Positions 20,154 to 32,632 of a DNA stretch of 64,000 bases are shown here, piece after piece (the first letter of the stretch is position 1; each line of letters starts with the position of its first letter). Both the position numbers and the translations under genes were made by a program. The notes under the pieces are model-generated. The model saw nothing but the letters and a program-made list of their open reading frames with translations, made no database searches and was not told the DNA's origin. Origin of the DNA: Myxococcales bacterium (GTDB lineage Bacteria > Myxococcota_A > Polyangia > Polyangiales > Ga0077539); contig JAEUKH010000006.1 of assembly GCA_016792845.1 (NCBI GenBank), forward strand, positions 62,899-126,898, given 5' to 3'.

Positions 20154-20321
20154 GGTCGGACCTTTCGTGCATCGCAGCCCGCGCGACAAGCGCAATCAGC
20201 CCTGCGTGCACCGCCGAGGCCATGCCACACCTTGCGCCCCGTGCCAATGCCCCACGGGCGCGCCACCCGGGCGCCCCCGCGCGGCCCTCAAAACCAGAAA
20301 AAACTCTGTAAAGTCAATGAT

Positions 20322-21431
20322 CTACGGTGCAGCCGGGGCCCCCGCGAGGTGGGCCTCGAAGGCGGCGAGGGGCGGGCCGAGGGTGGCCTTCAGGCGTTCG
20401 TCGAGGGTGTCGACCCGCGGGTCATCGAAGGCCGCGGCGCGCAGCTCGCCGAGGAGGCCCACGGCGGCCACGGCGCGGCCTGCGTCGACGTATGCGAGGG
20501 CGAGCTCGGCCTTCCATCCGAGGTGGGTGGGGTCGAGGCTGAGGGCGCGGCGGTAGAGGCCGATCGATTCGGCCCTGCGGCCTTGCGAGACGAGCACCTC
20601 GGCGAGGGCGCTGTAGAGCTCGGCGCCCGCGTCGCCGTCGAGGGCCCACTGCGCGCCGAGGCGCAAGACCTCTTCGGCCTCGTCGTGCCGCGCGAGCCTT
20701 TCGAGGCTCTGCCCGAGCAGTTTGAGGCCCCGCGCGAGGGTGGCCCTGCGCTCGCTTGTGGCGCTCTGCCCCTCGGCGGTGCGGAGCAAGAGCGTGAGCG
20801 GCGCGACCCAAGGCCCGAGCCGCGCCACCACCACATCGAAGCGCCCCTTGGCGAAATCGTCGCGCGCTTGCTCGGCGAGGCTCAGGTCGACGGTGAGGCC
20901 CGCCGAGCGGGGCCGCAGCGCCTCGACCACGCGGCCCTGAAGGAAGCGCCGCAGCTGCCGCAGGGTGACCGTCTCTTCGCCGCGGTCGTGGCTCACGGTG
21001 ACCCGCGGGTCGTGGCCCTCGCTCAGCTCGAGCTGCTTCAACCGAAGGCCGAAGAGCGGCGACAGGAGGAGGGTGCGCAGGCCCACCATGGCGCGCAGCA
21101 CCGCGGGGTCTTCGGGCTTCGCCTCGCCGGTGAAGTCGCCCTCGCTGAGGAGCACCGTGAGCACCGTCGTGCGAAACTGATCGACCGAGCCGTCGTGGGT
21201 CGACTCGCCGCCCTCGGGGCCGGGCTCGTCGCGCGACCACTGGAGGGCGCCGACTTCGCCCGAGTCGCGGGTGACGGTGAGCGAGACCACCCGCAAGCCC
21301 GCCGCGAGGGAGAGCGCGACGAGGGCCTCGCCGAGCACCTCGCACAAGCGCTCGAGCTCGGGCACCGAGCTGACCACGCGCTCAAACCACCCGTCGGTGA
21401 TCACGGGCCCAAGATCGTACTTCTCTGCCAC
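20322..21431 (-). CDS. hypothetical protein with C-terminal TPR-like repeats
   Basis: 369-aa ORF with good GC3 bias. Its C-terminal helical repeats are (AEEVLRLGAQWAL.., AESIGLYRRALSLDP.., AELALAYVDAGR..). No catalytic motif was recognised. Confidence 0.6.
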   Translation of the reverse strand: MAEKYDLGPVITDGWFERVVSSVPELERLCEVLGEALVALSLAAGLRVVSLTVTRDSGEVGALQWSRDEPGPEGGESTHDGSVDQFRTTVLTVLLSEGDFTGEAKPEDPAVLRAMVGLRTLLLSPLFGLRLKQLELSEGHDPRVTVSHDRGEETVTLRQLRRFLQGRVVEALRPRSAGLTVDLSLAEQARDDFAKGRFDVVVARLGPWVAPLTLLLRTAEGQSATSERRATLARGLKLLGQSLERLARHDEAEEVLRLGAQWALDGDAGAELYSALAEVLVSQGRRAESIGLYRRALSLDPTHLGWKAELALAYVDAGRAVAAVGLLGELRAAAFDDPRVDTLDERLKATLGPPLAAFEAHLAGAPAAP

Positions 21432-21468
21432 CCTATGACCTCCGACTTCGCTCAGTGACCGCTGGGCC

Positions 21469-22470
21469 TCACGCCGACGGCGGCTGTGACGGCCGCCCCT
21501 CTCGCTCTAGCTTCTCGCGGTACCACACAATCGTTCGCATGAGACCGTCTTCGAGCTCGACCCGCGGCGCGAACCCGAGCAATTCTTCTGCCTTGCGCGT
21601 GTCAGGGATGCGCAGCTCAACATCGGGGAAATCCCAGTTGACGAAGCGGATCTCGCTGCGGCTGTCGGCGAGGCGCACGATGGTGCGGGCGAGCTGGTAG
21701 ATGGTGACCGTGGCCCGGGGGTTGCCCACGTTGAAGGCGTGCCCGACGGCCTCGTCGCGGCTCAGCGTGAGCAGCACCGCGTCGACGATGTCGTCGATGT
21801 AGCACCACGAGCGGATCTGATCGCCCTTGTTGTGGATGTTGATGGTCTCGCCGCGCAGCGCCCGCAGCACGAAGGCGTGCACGGCCCCTTCGCCCACCTG
21901 GCCGGGGCCGAAGATGTTGAAGGGGCGCACGCTCACCGTCGGCACGCCGTATTGCTTGTGATAGCAGTGGGCGAGGTGCTCGGTGGCGAGCTTCGAGACG
22001 GCGTACGTCCACCGGGCTTCGCCGACGGCGCCGAGGGTCGTGACGTCGCCCTCGCCCACGCGAAAGGCGTAGCGGCCGAAGACCTCGCTGGTCGAGAAGT
22101 CGACGAAGCGCTTGATCGACGGCATCGCGTCGCGGGCGCAGCGCAGGGCGTTGAGGGTGCCTTCGAGGGCGATCTCCATCGTGGGCACGGGGTTCTTGAG
22201 CACCGTGTCGACCCCCGCGATGGAGGCGAGGTGCACGACGTGGGTGCATCCCTCGATGGCCTTCGCGAGGGCCACGGGGTCGCGCACGTCGCCCTCGATG
22301 AGGGTGACATTGGGGTGCTTGTCGAGCCCCGCGGGCCCCAAGGCGTTGCGCCGCAGGAGGTCGAAGACCACACAATGGTTCTGCTCGACCAGGCGCCGCA
22401 CCAAGGCCGTGCCGATAAAGCCCGCGCCGCCCGTGAGGAGCACCCTCTGCCCATGAATCATCGCGCTCAT
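21469..22470 (-). CDS. NAD-dependent epimerase/dehydratase (extended SDR)
   Basis: ATG at 22470 (MSAMIHGQRVLLTGGAGFIGTALV, a Rossmann GxxGxxG) and catalytic YAVSK. The upstream 226 codons of the 559-aa track ORF are antisense to pspA and were discarded. Confidence 0.88.
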   Translation of the reverse strand: MSAMIHGQRVLLTGGAGFIGTALVRRLVEQNHCVVFDLLRRNALGPAGLDKHPNVTLIEGDVRDPVALAKAIEGCTHVVHLASIAGVDTVLKNPVPTMEIALEGTLNALRCARDAMPSIKRFVDFSTSEVFGRYAFRVGEGDVTTLGAVGEARWTYAVSKLATEHLAHCYHKQYGVPTVSVRPFNIFGPGQVGEGAVHAFVLRALRGETINIHNKGDQIRSWCYIDDIVDAVLLTLSRDEAVGHAFNVGNPRATVTIYQLARTIVRLADSRSEIRFVNWDFPDVELRIPDTRKAEELLGFAPRVELEDGLMRTIVWYREKLEREGRPSQPPSA

Positions 22471-22599
22471 TGCCGACGACCCCTTTACTCCATTTCGCGA
22501 TCGCCGCGTTGACTCTCGCGCGGGCCGATACACTTTACATGCCTCGCGCCCGGTGCAACGATCCGCCGGGTCGCTACAGACCTCTGACGGAGACTCACG

Positions 22600-23271
22600 A
22601 TGGGACTCATCGATCGCCTCGGCCGCGCCTTCAAATCGAACGTCAACGCCCTCATCGACAAGGCCGAAGACCCCGGCAAGATCCTCGCGCAGACCATCGA
22701 CGACATGAGCGAAGAGCTCAAAAAAGCCCGTCAAGAGGTGGTGAGCTCGCTCGCGTCGGTGAAGACCCTTGAGAAGAAGCAGCGCGAGGTGCTCGAAGAG
22801 TCGAGCAACTGGGAGAAGCGCGCCATGCTGGCCCTCGAGCAGGGCGACGAAGAGCTCGCCCGCGAGGCTCTCAAGCGCAAGAAGAAGGCCGAGGGCGACG
22901 CCCTCGACATGGACAAGACCCGCGAGACCCAGCAGCAGTACGTCGACGAGTTGCGGGCCACCATCGACCAGCTCGAGAAGAAGCTCGAAGAGCTCAAAGC
23001 GCGGAAGAACACCCTGGCCTCGCAGGTCGGCAAGGCGCGGGCCGCCGCGGGCAACACCGACGTCGGCGGCGCCAACTCGGGGGCCGTCGGGCGCATCCGC
23101 GAGATGCAAGAGCGCATCGCCAACATGGAGGCCGAGGTCGAAGCCCACGAGGTGCTCGACGACCCCAAGAAGGTCGACATCGAAGAGCGCTTCCGTCGGC
23201 TCGAACGGGGCGAGGGCAAGGGCGACCTCGACGACGACCTCGCCGCGCTCAAGGCCCGCTTGAAGAAGTGA
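22600..23271 (+). CDS. pspA: PspA/IM30 family membrane-stress protein
   Basis: N-terminus is MGLIDRLGRAFKSNVNALIDKAEDPGKILAQTIDDM, followed by long coiled-coil heptads. This is the typical PspA/Vipp1 pattern. Confidence 0.88.
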   Translation: MGLIDRLGRAFKSNVNALIDKAEDPGKILAQTIDDMSEELKKARQEVVSSLASVKTLEKKQREVLEESSNWEKRAMLALEQGDEELAREALKRKKKAEGDALDMDKTRETQQQYVDELRATIDQLEKKLEELKARKNTLASQVGKARAAAGNTDVGGANSGAVGRIREMQERIANMEAEVEAHEVLDDPKKVDIEERFRRLERGEGKGDLDDDLAALKARLKK

Positions 23272-23298
23272 CCCGCCGCTGACCGCCCCCGGGGGCGC

Positions 23299-23460
23299 CT
23301 AGAGACGCGACCAAGTCGTCGGACCGAGCACCGCGAAGGGGCGCAAGTGATGCAAGGCGAAGGGCGAAGACGGGCGGTTGGCCCGTCGAGACCCGGCAAC
23401 GCAGCAGCGCGCCGCGGACCTAAAGTGGGGCGACGGGAGACTACTTGGTCGCGTCTCTAG
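23299..23460. repeat. 18-bp perfect inverted-repeat pair flanking 126 bp (MITE-like element or structured RNA)
   Basis: CTAGAGACGCGACCAAGT at 23299-23316 is the exact reverse complement of ACTTGGTCGCGTCTCTAG at 23443-23460. The interior contains a further hairpin, GACGGGC-GGTTG-GCCCGTC. Confidence 0.8.
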
Positions 23461-23993
23461 CCCTTCTGACCCGGGCCCCGGCGCGAGAGCAGCGCCTTCT
23501 CTGCCTCTAGAATCTCTTTCAAGAGCAGCTTGACCTTCGGGTGGGTCGAGCGCCGCGAGACGATCTGCAAGAAGGCCTTGGCGTTCTTGATGTCGCCCTT
23601 GGCGAGGGCGGCCTCGGCCTGGGTGAAGAGCGGCGCGAGGTCGGCAGGCAGGGGCTCGAGCGCGGCGGCCTCGGTGCTGCGCGTCTCGGCGACGGGCTCC
23701 TGGCGCTCGGCCTCGGGGGTGAGGCGCACCTGACCGCGGCCGAGGGCCTCGTCGTAGCGGGCGCGGAGGCCGGGGTTCAAGAGCACCCGGTAGCCCTCAG
23801 AGCCGCGCTTGAAGATGCGGCCCGCGCGGGCCTGCTGCTTCGGGTCTTCGACGTGCTGGTCGGGGTGAAAGCGCAGCGCGAATTTGTGAAAGGCCTCACG
23901 AATGCGCTCCGCGGTGGCGTCGCGGGCCACGCCGAGGAGGGCGTAGTAATCGACCCGGTCGAGGTTCTCGTCGAGGGTGCGGTCAGTGAGCAT
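23457..23993 (-). CDS. J-domain (DnaJ-like) co-chaperone with a helical C-terminal region
   Basis: J-domain pattern DYYALLGVARDATAERIREAFHKFALRFHPDQ, including the HPD tripeptide. It lies directly downstream of the Hsp70-like gene on the same strand. Confidence 0.85.
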   Translation of the reverse strand: MLTDRTLDENLDRVDYYALLGVARDATAERIREAFHKFALRFHPDQHVEDPKQQARAGRIFKRGSEGYRVLLNPGLRARYDEALGRGQVRLTPEAERQEPVAETRSTEAAALEPLPADLAPLFTQAEAALAKGDIKNAKAFLQIVSRRSTHPKVKLLLKEILEAEKALLSRRGPGQKG

Positions 23994-24062
23994 CGGGGTT
24001 CTGCGGGGGCTGAGAGAGGGGGAGCGTGGATTGGGGCGATGCTTCGGTGACCGAACGATCGC

Positions 24063-27000
24063 TCAGCGCGCGGCCATGGCTTGCTGGCGCTGCATCATGG
24101 CCTGCTGCTGCGCCTCGTTCGGCAACGTGTTGAGGCTGAGCCTGATGCCCTGCTCTTGCCCGGTCTCGCTGTTGCGGGCCTTGACCCGCAGCGTGCCGTC
24201 GGCTTCGAGCTCGAAGATCACCTGCACCGAGACGTCGCCCCGGGGGGCGGCCCGAAGACCGAAGAGCTCGAGCTCGCCGAGCGCGGTGTTCTCTGCGAAC
24301 TTGCGAGACTCGCCCTGGGCGATGCGAATCAGCACCGAGGTCTGGCCGTTCTGCGTGGTCGAGAAGGCCCGCGAGTGCTCGACCGGAATGGTCGAATTGC
24401 GCGCGATCACGGGCTCGCACATGCCGCCCGCGGTCTCGACCCCGAGGCTCAGCGGCGTCACGTCGACGAGCAACGGCGCCACCGGCACGGGCAAGCCCAC
24501 CACCTGGGTCGAGGGCAAACCCACCGCCACCGCCGGGAGGGCCGCTTGCATCGGGCCCGGCGTCATCGAGCCCGGGCGGATCTGCATCGGGCCGGGGGTG
24601 AAAGCGCCAGGGCGACCCCCAGGGCCGGTGGGGGGGAGGTTCGGCACGGGCATCGGGCCGGGCGTGAAGGCTCCGGCGCGGGCTTGCGGCACCGCACCGA
24701 TGGGCACCACCGGGGGCGCGAGGGGGAGGCCTCCGGGGCGGGCCGGCGGCAGGCCCGGGGGCGGCGCGGCGAACGACGAGGCCCCGGGCTTCAGCGTGGC
24801 CGTCTCGCTCGCCATCGGCGGCGGCACGGCCGCCATCGCCTGCGTCTTGATGCCCGACGGGATCGGCGGCACAGCGGGCGGCGCGGCCATGGGCGGCGGC
24901 GGCAACGAGGCCAGGTCGACGTCGGCTTCGAGCTTGAACGAATTCGACGCGTCGGAGCCCATCGAGGGCATCACCATCGCGAGTCCGCGGGTGAAGCGGT
25001 CTTCCCCCGAAGAGAGCGGCGCGCCGGTGGTGGCGTCGGTGAGCACGTCGGCCTCGACCCTGAAAGACATCGACGCATCGGAGCCCGCCGAGGGCATCGC
25101 CGCGCTCACCCCTCGGGCGAAACGGTCTTCGTCGGCTGAGGGCACGATGAGGGCCGCCGCGAGCGAGGGCGGGAGCTTCGACGCGAGGGCGGGGCTGAAC
25201 CCAATGGGGCTGCTCATCGGGGGCGCCGAGGGGGCCGCAGGCGCCGCAGGCACCGGGTCTTTGGGTGGCAGCGTGGCCGCCGTGGTCGAGGCCGGGGGCG
25301 GCACGTTGGCGGGCCTCGTAGGCGGCGCACCCAACGGGAGCTTCGGCGGAGCGACGGGCACCGGCGGCGGGAGCTCTGCCGAGAAGTCGCCGAAGGTGGG
25401 GTTCATCGCGATGGTGCTCGGGTCGTCGAGCTGAAAGTTCGGCACCGAACGATCGGCCCCGCTCGACCCCGGGCTGGTGGGCGGCAAGAAGGGGTCGGCC
25501 GAGGGCATCACGCTCGTGGCCTCGCCGACCGACGGGGCCATCACCCCCGGGGGGAGCGGCGGCGGGGGCGAAAAGCTCGGCGCCGCGGCCGCCTTCTGCG
25601 CCGCCTCGCGGGCCGCCAGGAGCGTCGCCGCCGAGGGGTTCTCGCCTGTGGCGGTGTACGCCATGGTAGGCTCGTCGAGGTTGCCGAGGGCCCCCTGCAT
25701 GGCTTGGAGGCTCCGGTACGTGTTGCCGCGCAGGGGGTTGATGCCCCCGCTCGGCGCGGCGCCTGGGCTCGGGGCCACCATCGTGCGCGCGCCGGGGGCC
25801 GCGAAGGGGTCGTCGAGCTCGAAGCCCTTGCCCGCGCCGGGCGGCACCGCGACGCCGAGGGCCGGGGTTCGGTTGCCGAGGCTTGGGTTGCCTGAGGGCA
25901 CGGGCACACCCAGGGCCGGGGTGCGGTGACCGAGGGCGACCGCGGGGGGCGGGGGCGGCGCGGCCTTGGGGGCGCCCCCGGGCAAGGGCGGCGGTCGCGC
26001 GGTGGTGGCGCTCGGCCCGGGGGTCACCAGGGGCGGCGGCTGCCCCGTCGCGCCGGCCTTGCGGAGGGCGGCCTCTTGCTCGGGCGAGACGCCGGTGAGG
26101 GTGCTCCGGCCGGGGCCTTGGCGCTCGCGGTTGGCGCCGGTGACGGCCATGCCCGCGGGCTTGAGGTTCGGCGATGAGAGGTCGCTGTTTGACGCGCCCT
26201 CGGGGCTCTGAATGGCCCGGGTGGCATTGCTGCGGCGCGACCCCGCGGTGAGCGCCTCGGCGAGGATCGACGCGCCGAGCGCGACCACCTCTTCGGGCGG
26301 CAGATGGGTGAGCGGCTCGCGCCCGAAGAAGCCCTGCACCCGTGAGCGCACCGCGGGGATGCGCGTCGAGCCCCCCACGAGGATCACCGCCGTGAGGTCA
26401 GACGCGCGGAGCCCCGCGAGCTTGAGCGCCTCGCCGCACACATCAAAGGTGCGCGACACGAAGGGCGTCGCGATGCGCTCGAGGTCGGGCCGGGTGAGCG
26501 TGTGATCGAAATGGATCTTCTGGCCTTTGTGCTGAAAATCGACCACCACCCGCGCCGAATCGGCGGTCGAGAGCTGACACTTGGCCGTCTCGGTGGCGTC
26601 GCGGAGCACGTCGTAGAGCACCCGCTCGTTGAGCGGGTCGAGCTTGGTGGCGCGCTGAAACTGCGGCACCAGCGCGTCGGCGAGGGCGACGTCGATGTCG
26701 TCGCCGCCGAGGAAGGTGTCGCCCGCGGTGGCCAGCACCTCGAAGACGTTGCCCGCGAGCTCGAGCAGCGTGACGTCAAACGTGCCGCCGCCGAAGTCGA
26801 AGATGCAGATGCGCTCGCGGGTGCCGCGGCCGTAGCCGTACGCGAGGGCCGCCGCGGTGGGCTCGTTCAAGATCCGAACGACCTCGAGCTCGGCGATGCG
26901 CCCCGCGATCTTGGTGCTCGAGCGCTGAAGCTCGTTGAAGTTGGCCGGCACCGTGATGACGCACTTCTCGACCTTGTCGCCGAGGCTCTGCTCGGCCACG

Positions 27001-27377
27001 CGCCGCACCGCGCGGAGCACCATCGCGCTCAGCTCGGGGAGCTCGAGGTCGCCCTGCCGCGTGCCCACCGTGACCGCCCCCGCGTTGCCCTCTTTGATCG
27101 GAAAGGGCATGCGAGAGAGGGCGCGCTTGACCTCTTCGCTCTTGAAGGGCCGCCCGAGCAGTCGCTTCACCGAGTACACGGTGTTGGCCGGGTCGAGCGC
27201 ACGCCGGCGGCGCGCCTCGCGACCCACCAGATACCCCGCCCCCTCGGGGAAGCTCACCACCGACGGGATCAAAGGGTTGCCCTCCGGATCAGGTAGAATC
27301 TGCGGCCGACCTCCGAGCGACACGGCCACAACAGAGTTGGTGGTGCCCAGGTCGATCCCCACTGCAGGCGCTGTCAT
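24063..27377 (-). CDS. atypical Hsp70/DnaK-family protein with a very long low-complexity insert
   Basis: The N-terminal NBD (aa 1 to ~378) has [24 protein letters not shown] and [10 protein letters not shown]. The C-terminal SBD-beta (from aa ~969) reads [17 protein letters not shown]...[15 protein letters not shown]. About 590 aa of Pro/Ala/Gly-rich sequence separates them. Confidence 0.85.
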   Translation of the reverse strand: MTAPAVGIDLGTTNSVVAVSLGGRPQILPDPEGNPLIPSVVSFPEGAGYLVGREARRRRALDPANTVYSVKRLLGRPFKSEEVKRALSRMPFPIKEGNAGAVTVGTRQGDLELPELSAMVLRAVRRVAEQSLGDKVEKCVITVPANFNELQRSSTKIAGRIAELEVVRILNEPTAAALAYGYGRGTRERICIFDFGGGTFDVTLLELAGNVFEVLATAGDTFLGGDDIDVALADALVPQFQRATKLDPLNERVLYDVLRDATETAKCQLSTADSARVVVDFQHKGQKIHFDHTLTRPDLERIATPFVSRTFDVCGEALKLAGLRASDLTAVILVGGSTRIPAVRSRVQGFFGREPLTHLPPEEVVALGASILAEALTAGSRRSNATRAIQSPEGASNSDLSSPNLKPAGMAVTGANRERQGPGRSTLTGVSPEQEAALRKAGATGQPPPLVTPGPSATTARPPPLPGGAPKAAPPPPPAVALGHRTPALGVPVPSGNPSLGNRTPALGVAVPPGAGKGFELDDPFAAPGARTMVAPSPGAAPSGGINPLRGNTYRSLQAMQGALGNLDEPTMAYTATGENPSAATLLAAREAAQKAAAAPSFSPPPPLPPGVMAPSVGEATSVMPSADPFLPPTSPGSSGADRSVPNFQLDDPSTIAMNPTFGDFSAELPPPVPVAPPKLPLGAPPTRPANVPPPASTTAATLPPKDPVPAAPAAPSAPPMSSPIGFSPALASKLPPSLAAALIVPSADEDRFARGVSAAMPSAGSDASMSFRVEADVLTDATTGAPLSSGEDRFTRGLAMVMPSMGSDASNSFKLEADVDLASLPPPPMAAPPAVPPIPSGIKTQAMAAVPPPMASETATLKPGASSFAAPPPGLPPARPGGLPLAPPVVPIGAVPQARAGAFTPGPMPVPNLPPTGPGGRPGAFTPGPMQIRPGSMTPGPMQAALPAVAVGLPSTQVVGLPVPVAPLLVDVTPLSLGVETAGGMCEPVIARNSTIPVEHSRAFSTTQNGQTSVLIRIAQGESRKFAENTALGELELFGLRAAPRGDVSVQVIFELEADGTLRVKARNSETGQEQGIRLSLNTLPNEAQQQAMMQRQQAMAAR

Positions 27378-27413
27378 CGCCCGCGATGGTAACAGAAACC
27401 GCCCGCGGGTTTG

Positions 27414-27974
27414 TCACCCTCGCGAAGCCTCTTCGAGCATTCTCAGCTCCGCATCGATCCACCCGGCGACCTGCCGGGGGAAGGGCCACATGTATGCATA
27501 ATCGGGCCCCGTGAACCGCGAGACGATCGACGCCCGGAGCCGCGGACTCTGCGCCGCTGCCAGGCCCTCGACCTCGGCCGTCACGCGCAGGGTCTCGGCG
27601 TAGGCCTCCCACTCAAGCCGGGCCCGCCCCCAGGCGAGGCCCATCGGGAGAAACACCACGCCGTACACCAGCACCATGCCCACCCAGCCGTAACGCTCAA
27701 ACTGCGCCACATGCACGAGCTCGTGGCGCAGGATCTTGTACTGTTCGATGGGGGGCGTTTCGCCCCAACCTTCGGGCACATAGATGGTGCGTCCGAGGGT
27801 GGTGACATACTCGCTGAGGTAGCGATCCTGGCCGCCCAGGGTCACGACCCGCAGCGCCCAATCGATGGCCCGCTGGAGCCGATCGTTCGCCTTCGGAACG
27901 ATCTTGATCGGCCGCGTTTGAGAGGCCATCTGCGCGACGAGGGCTTCAAGCTGTTCGGGTACGAACGATCGCAT
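27414..27974 (-). CDS. hypothetical protein with an HExxH motif (possible zinc metallopeptidase-like)
   Basis: 186-aa ORF containing ILRHELVHVAQFERYGW followed by a hydrophobic segment. It starts 37 bp upstream of the Hsp70-like gene. The functional call rests on the motif only. Confidence 0.55.
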   Translation of the reverse strand: MRSFVPEQLEALVAQMASQTRPIKIVPKANDRLQRAIDWALRVVTLGGQDRYLSEYVTTLGRTIYVPEGWGETPPIEQYKILRHELVHVAQFERYGWVGMVLVYGVVFLPMGLAWGRARLEWEAYAETLRVTAEVEGLAAAQSPRLRASIVSRFTGPDYAYMWPFPRQVAGWIDAELRMLEEASRG

Positions 27975-27983
27975 GGTGTGGGC

Positions 27984-29006
27984 CTAGAAGAGGTGCGAGA
28001 GGCTCACCCAGGGCAAGACCCCGAGGCGCTCGGTGTAGAGCGGCGCGGCGGGCGAGAGCGGGGCGAGGAGACCCAGATCGGCTGAGAAGCGGCGGGTGTA
28101 GAAGCGCACCCCGCCGAGGGCGTAGGGCAGCACCCGGCGGCCGCCGTCACCCAAGAGGGCCTCGGCCCGGGCCCGCGACTCGCGCGAGAGCTCGGCGAGC
28201 GCGAAGCCCTGGGCGAGGAGCTTTACGCCGTTGACGAGGCGCAGGTCGGCGGTGACGTGCCCCATCAGCCACACGCCGCCGAGGCCGGTGCGCTGCGCGA
28301 GGTGGAGGCCGCCCGAGAGGGCGAGGCGGTCGCTCCACCAGGTGACGAGGGGGCCCGAGGCCCAACCGAGGCCCGCGAAATTCCACGTAAACCCGAGGCA
28401 ATCGGTGGCCCGGTCGGCGTCGCCCCGGAAGGGCACCGTGGCCATGCCCCACCACGCCGCGGCGAAGCCCTCGCGCTCGTAGAACAGCACCCTCGCGTCG
28501 ACGCTGAGCCCGTAGAGGTAGTACGGCACCCCGAGGCCCACATCGACCCTGCGGGTGAGCCCGTACCGCGCCCCGAGCCACCCTAAGGCCGAGAGGTAGT
28601 GGGCCATCACGTCGCCGTACCGAACAATCCGCGCCGTCGGGAGCTGAAAGTACGCGCCCACCCCGAGGTCGGGCGTCTCGCGGACCCGCCGTGATGCGCC
28701 GAGGCTCGTGCCGGGCTCCCAGGGGTACTCCGCGGCTTCGCGGGGCCTCGCGGGGCGTCGTGCGGGCCAGCGTCGCGCGACGGGCACCGGCAGCGCCTCG
28801 GAGGCGTCGAGGGCGTTGCCTTCGCCCTCGGGCGAGGGCGCGTCTCGGGGCGCGGGGGGCGTCTCAGCCCAGGGCGCCAAGGTCGGCGCGCGGTCTGGGG
28901 GGGCGGCTGCGGTCGGTGTGGGGGCGGGCTGCGCGCGGGCCTGCGCGGCCGCGAGGCTCAGCGCCGCGAGGGCGCGAGACGCTGCGGCGGCGCGCGTCGG
29001 CGTCAC
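27984..29006 (-). CDS. putative outer-membrane beta-barrel protein
   Basis: Signal-like N-terminus (AAASRALAALSLAAAQARAQ), alternating aromatic/Gly-rich strands and a C-terminal ...WVSLSHLF ending in Phe. GTG 29006, just after the gyrA stop, is preferred over the track start 29066, which overlaps gyrA by 59 nt. Confidence 0.55.
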   Translation of the reverse strand: MTPTRAAAASRALAALSLAAAQARAQPAPTPTAAAPPDRAPTLAPWAETPPAPRDAPSPEGEGNALDASEALPVPVARRWPARRPARPREAAEYPWEPGTSLGASRRVRETPDLGVGAYFQLPTARIVRYGDVMAHYLSALGWLGARYGLTRRVDVGLGVPYYLYGLSVDARVLFYEREGFAAAWWGMATVPFRGDADRATDCLGFTWNFAGLGWASGPLVTWWSDRLALSGGLHLAQRTGLGGVWLMGHVTADLRLVNGVKLLAQGFALAELSRESRARAEALLGDGGRRVLPYALGGVRFYTRRFSADLGLLAPLSPAAPLYTERLGVLPWVSLSHLF

Positions 29007-29007
29007 G

Positions 29008-31725
<2,718 letters not shown>

Positions 31726-31914
31726 CTCGTACCGGCCGACCTTCTACCAAACTCCGCCCCCCAGCGCCCACCGAACGACACGCCCCAATGACATTCTCTG
31801 GACTGCCAACCGTGTTGACACCCGTGACAACCCGGGGCCTCACCCGGGCCTGGGCTGGGCGTTGAGAATTCACTGCTTTGGATGCATGGCCCGGGGTGTG
31901 CTATGGCCCTTTGG

Positions 31915-32337
31915 ATGACCCGTCGTCGCCTGCTGTCAACGTTGGTGACGGTGGCCCTCCTTGGGGGCTGCCTTGGGCGCTCGCTGCCGCTGCCGCCGCC
32001 GAGCGTGACGTCGCAGTCGGTGACCGAGTGCGCGGCCTCGGTGTGCCCATCGGGGGGGGTGACGGTGACGCTTGAGGGCACCGCGCTGCCGAACGCGACG
32101 GTGGTGGTCGAGGACCTGAACCCGGCGCAGATGGGGGCGCGGGGCGAGCTTTTGGCGGTGGTGACCCGGGCCGACGACGAGGGGGCGTGGCGCGCGATCC
32201 TTGGGCCGCGGCGCGACCCCGACTCCGAGCGGGTGCTGGCGCCGCAGCGGGGCGACACCGTGCAGGTGTGGCAGGTGAGCGTCGAGGGCGACGCCTCGGG
32301 GGTGCGGAGGGTGGTGATTCCGCGCGGGGCGATGTAG
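31915..32337 (+). CDS. small lipoprotein (function unknown)
   Basis: Lipoprotein signal MTRRRLLSTLVTVALLGGC. The track ORF starts at 31882, and ATG 31915 gives the canonical signal. The mature part is beta-rich. Confidence 0.6.
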   Translation: MTRRRLLSTLVTVALLGGCLGRSLPLPPPSVTSQSVTECAASVCPSGGVTVTLEGTALPNATVVVEDLNPAQMGARGELLAVVTRADDEGAWRAILGPRRDPDSERVLAPQRGDTVQVWQVSVEGDASGVRRVVIPRGAM

Positions 32338-32340
32338 GGG

Positions 32341-32601
32341 GTGAGGGGTGGAGCGAGGTGTTCGAGGGTGTTAGACCGCGCGGTGATCGTCTGGCTCGTT
32401 GACGCATTTTCGCTCGCCTTGGGGCTCTTCGCGTCGCTGAAGGTGCTCGCCGCGGCGCGCCGCGTGCGGGGCGGTTGGGCGCGGGCCTCGGCGGCGCCGT
32501 GGGCGGCCTGGGGGGCGGGCGCCTCGGGGCGCGTCTGGTGCCTCGTGGCGGCGGCCTCGCTCGGGGTGTATGCGTTTTCGCGGTGGGCCGTGAGAGTGTG
32601 A
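32341..32601 (+). CDS. possible small two-TM membrane protein
   Basis: 86-aa ORF with two hydrophobic stretches (VIVWLVDAFSLALGLFASL and VWCLVAAASLGVYAF). No other support. Confidence 0.3.
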   Translation: MRGGARCSRVLDRAVIVWLVDAFSLALGLFASLKVLAAARRVRGGWARASAAPWAAWGAGASGRVWCLVAAASLGVYAFSRWAVRV

Positions 32602-32632
32602 TACCGTCTCGGGCCTCAGAGCGCGACAAGGC

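Noticed and set aside
19512-21458. 648-aa plus-strand ORF
   Set aside because: It spans the antisense of both argS and the TPR-like gene, crossing their intergenic region. It is a shadow ORF.
22480-22599. Sigma-54 promoter upstream of pspA (as in E. coli)
   Set aside because: I looked for TGGCAC-N5-TTGC and found no acceptable match. Only a TTGACT hexamer with a poorly spaced -10 candidate is present, so no promoter is called.
22471-23148. N-terminal 226 codons of the 559-aa minus-strand ORF
   Set aside because: This part overlaps pspA on the opposite strand, and the epimerase Rossmann motif begins right after the internal ATG at 22470. The upstream part is a shadow of pspA.
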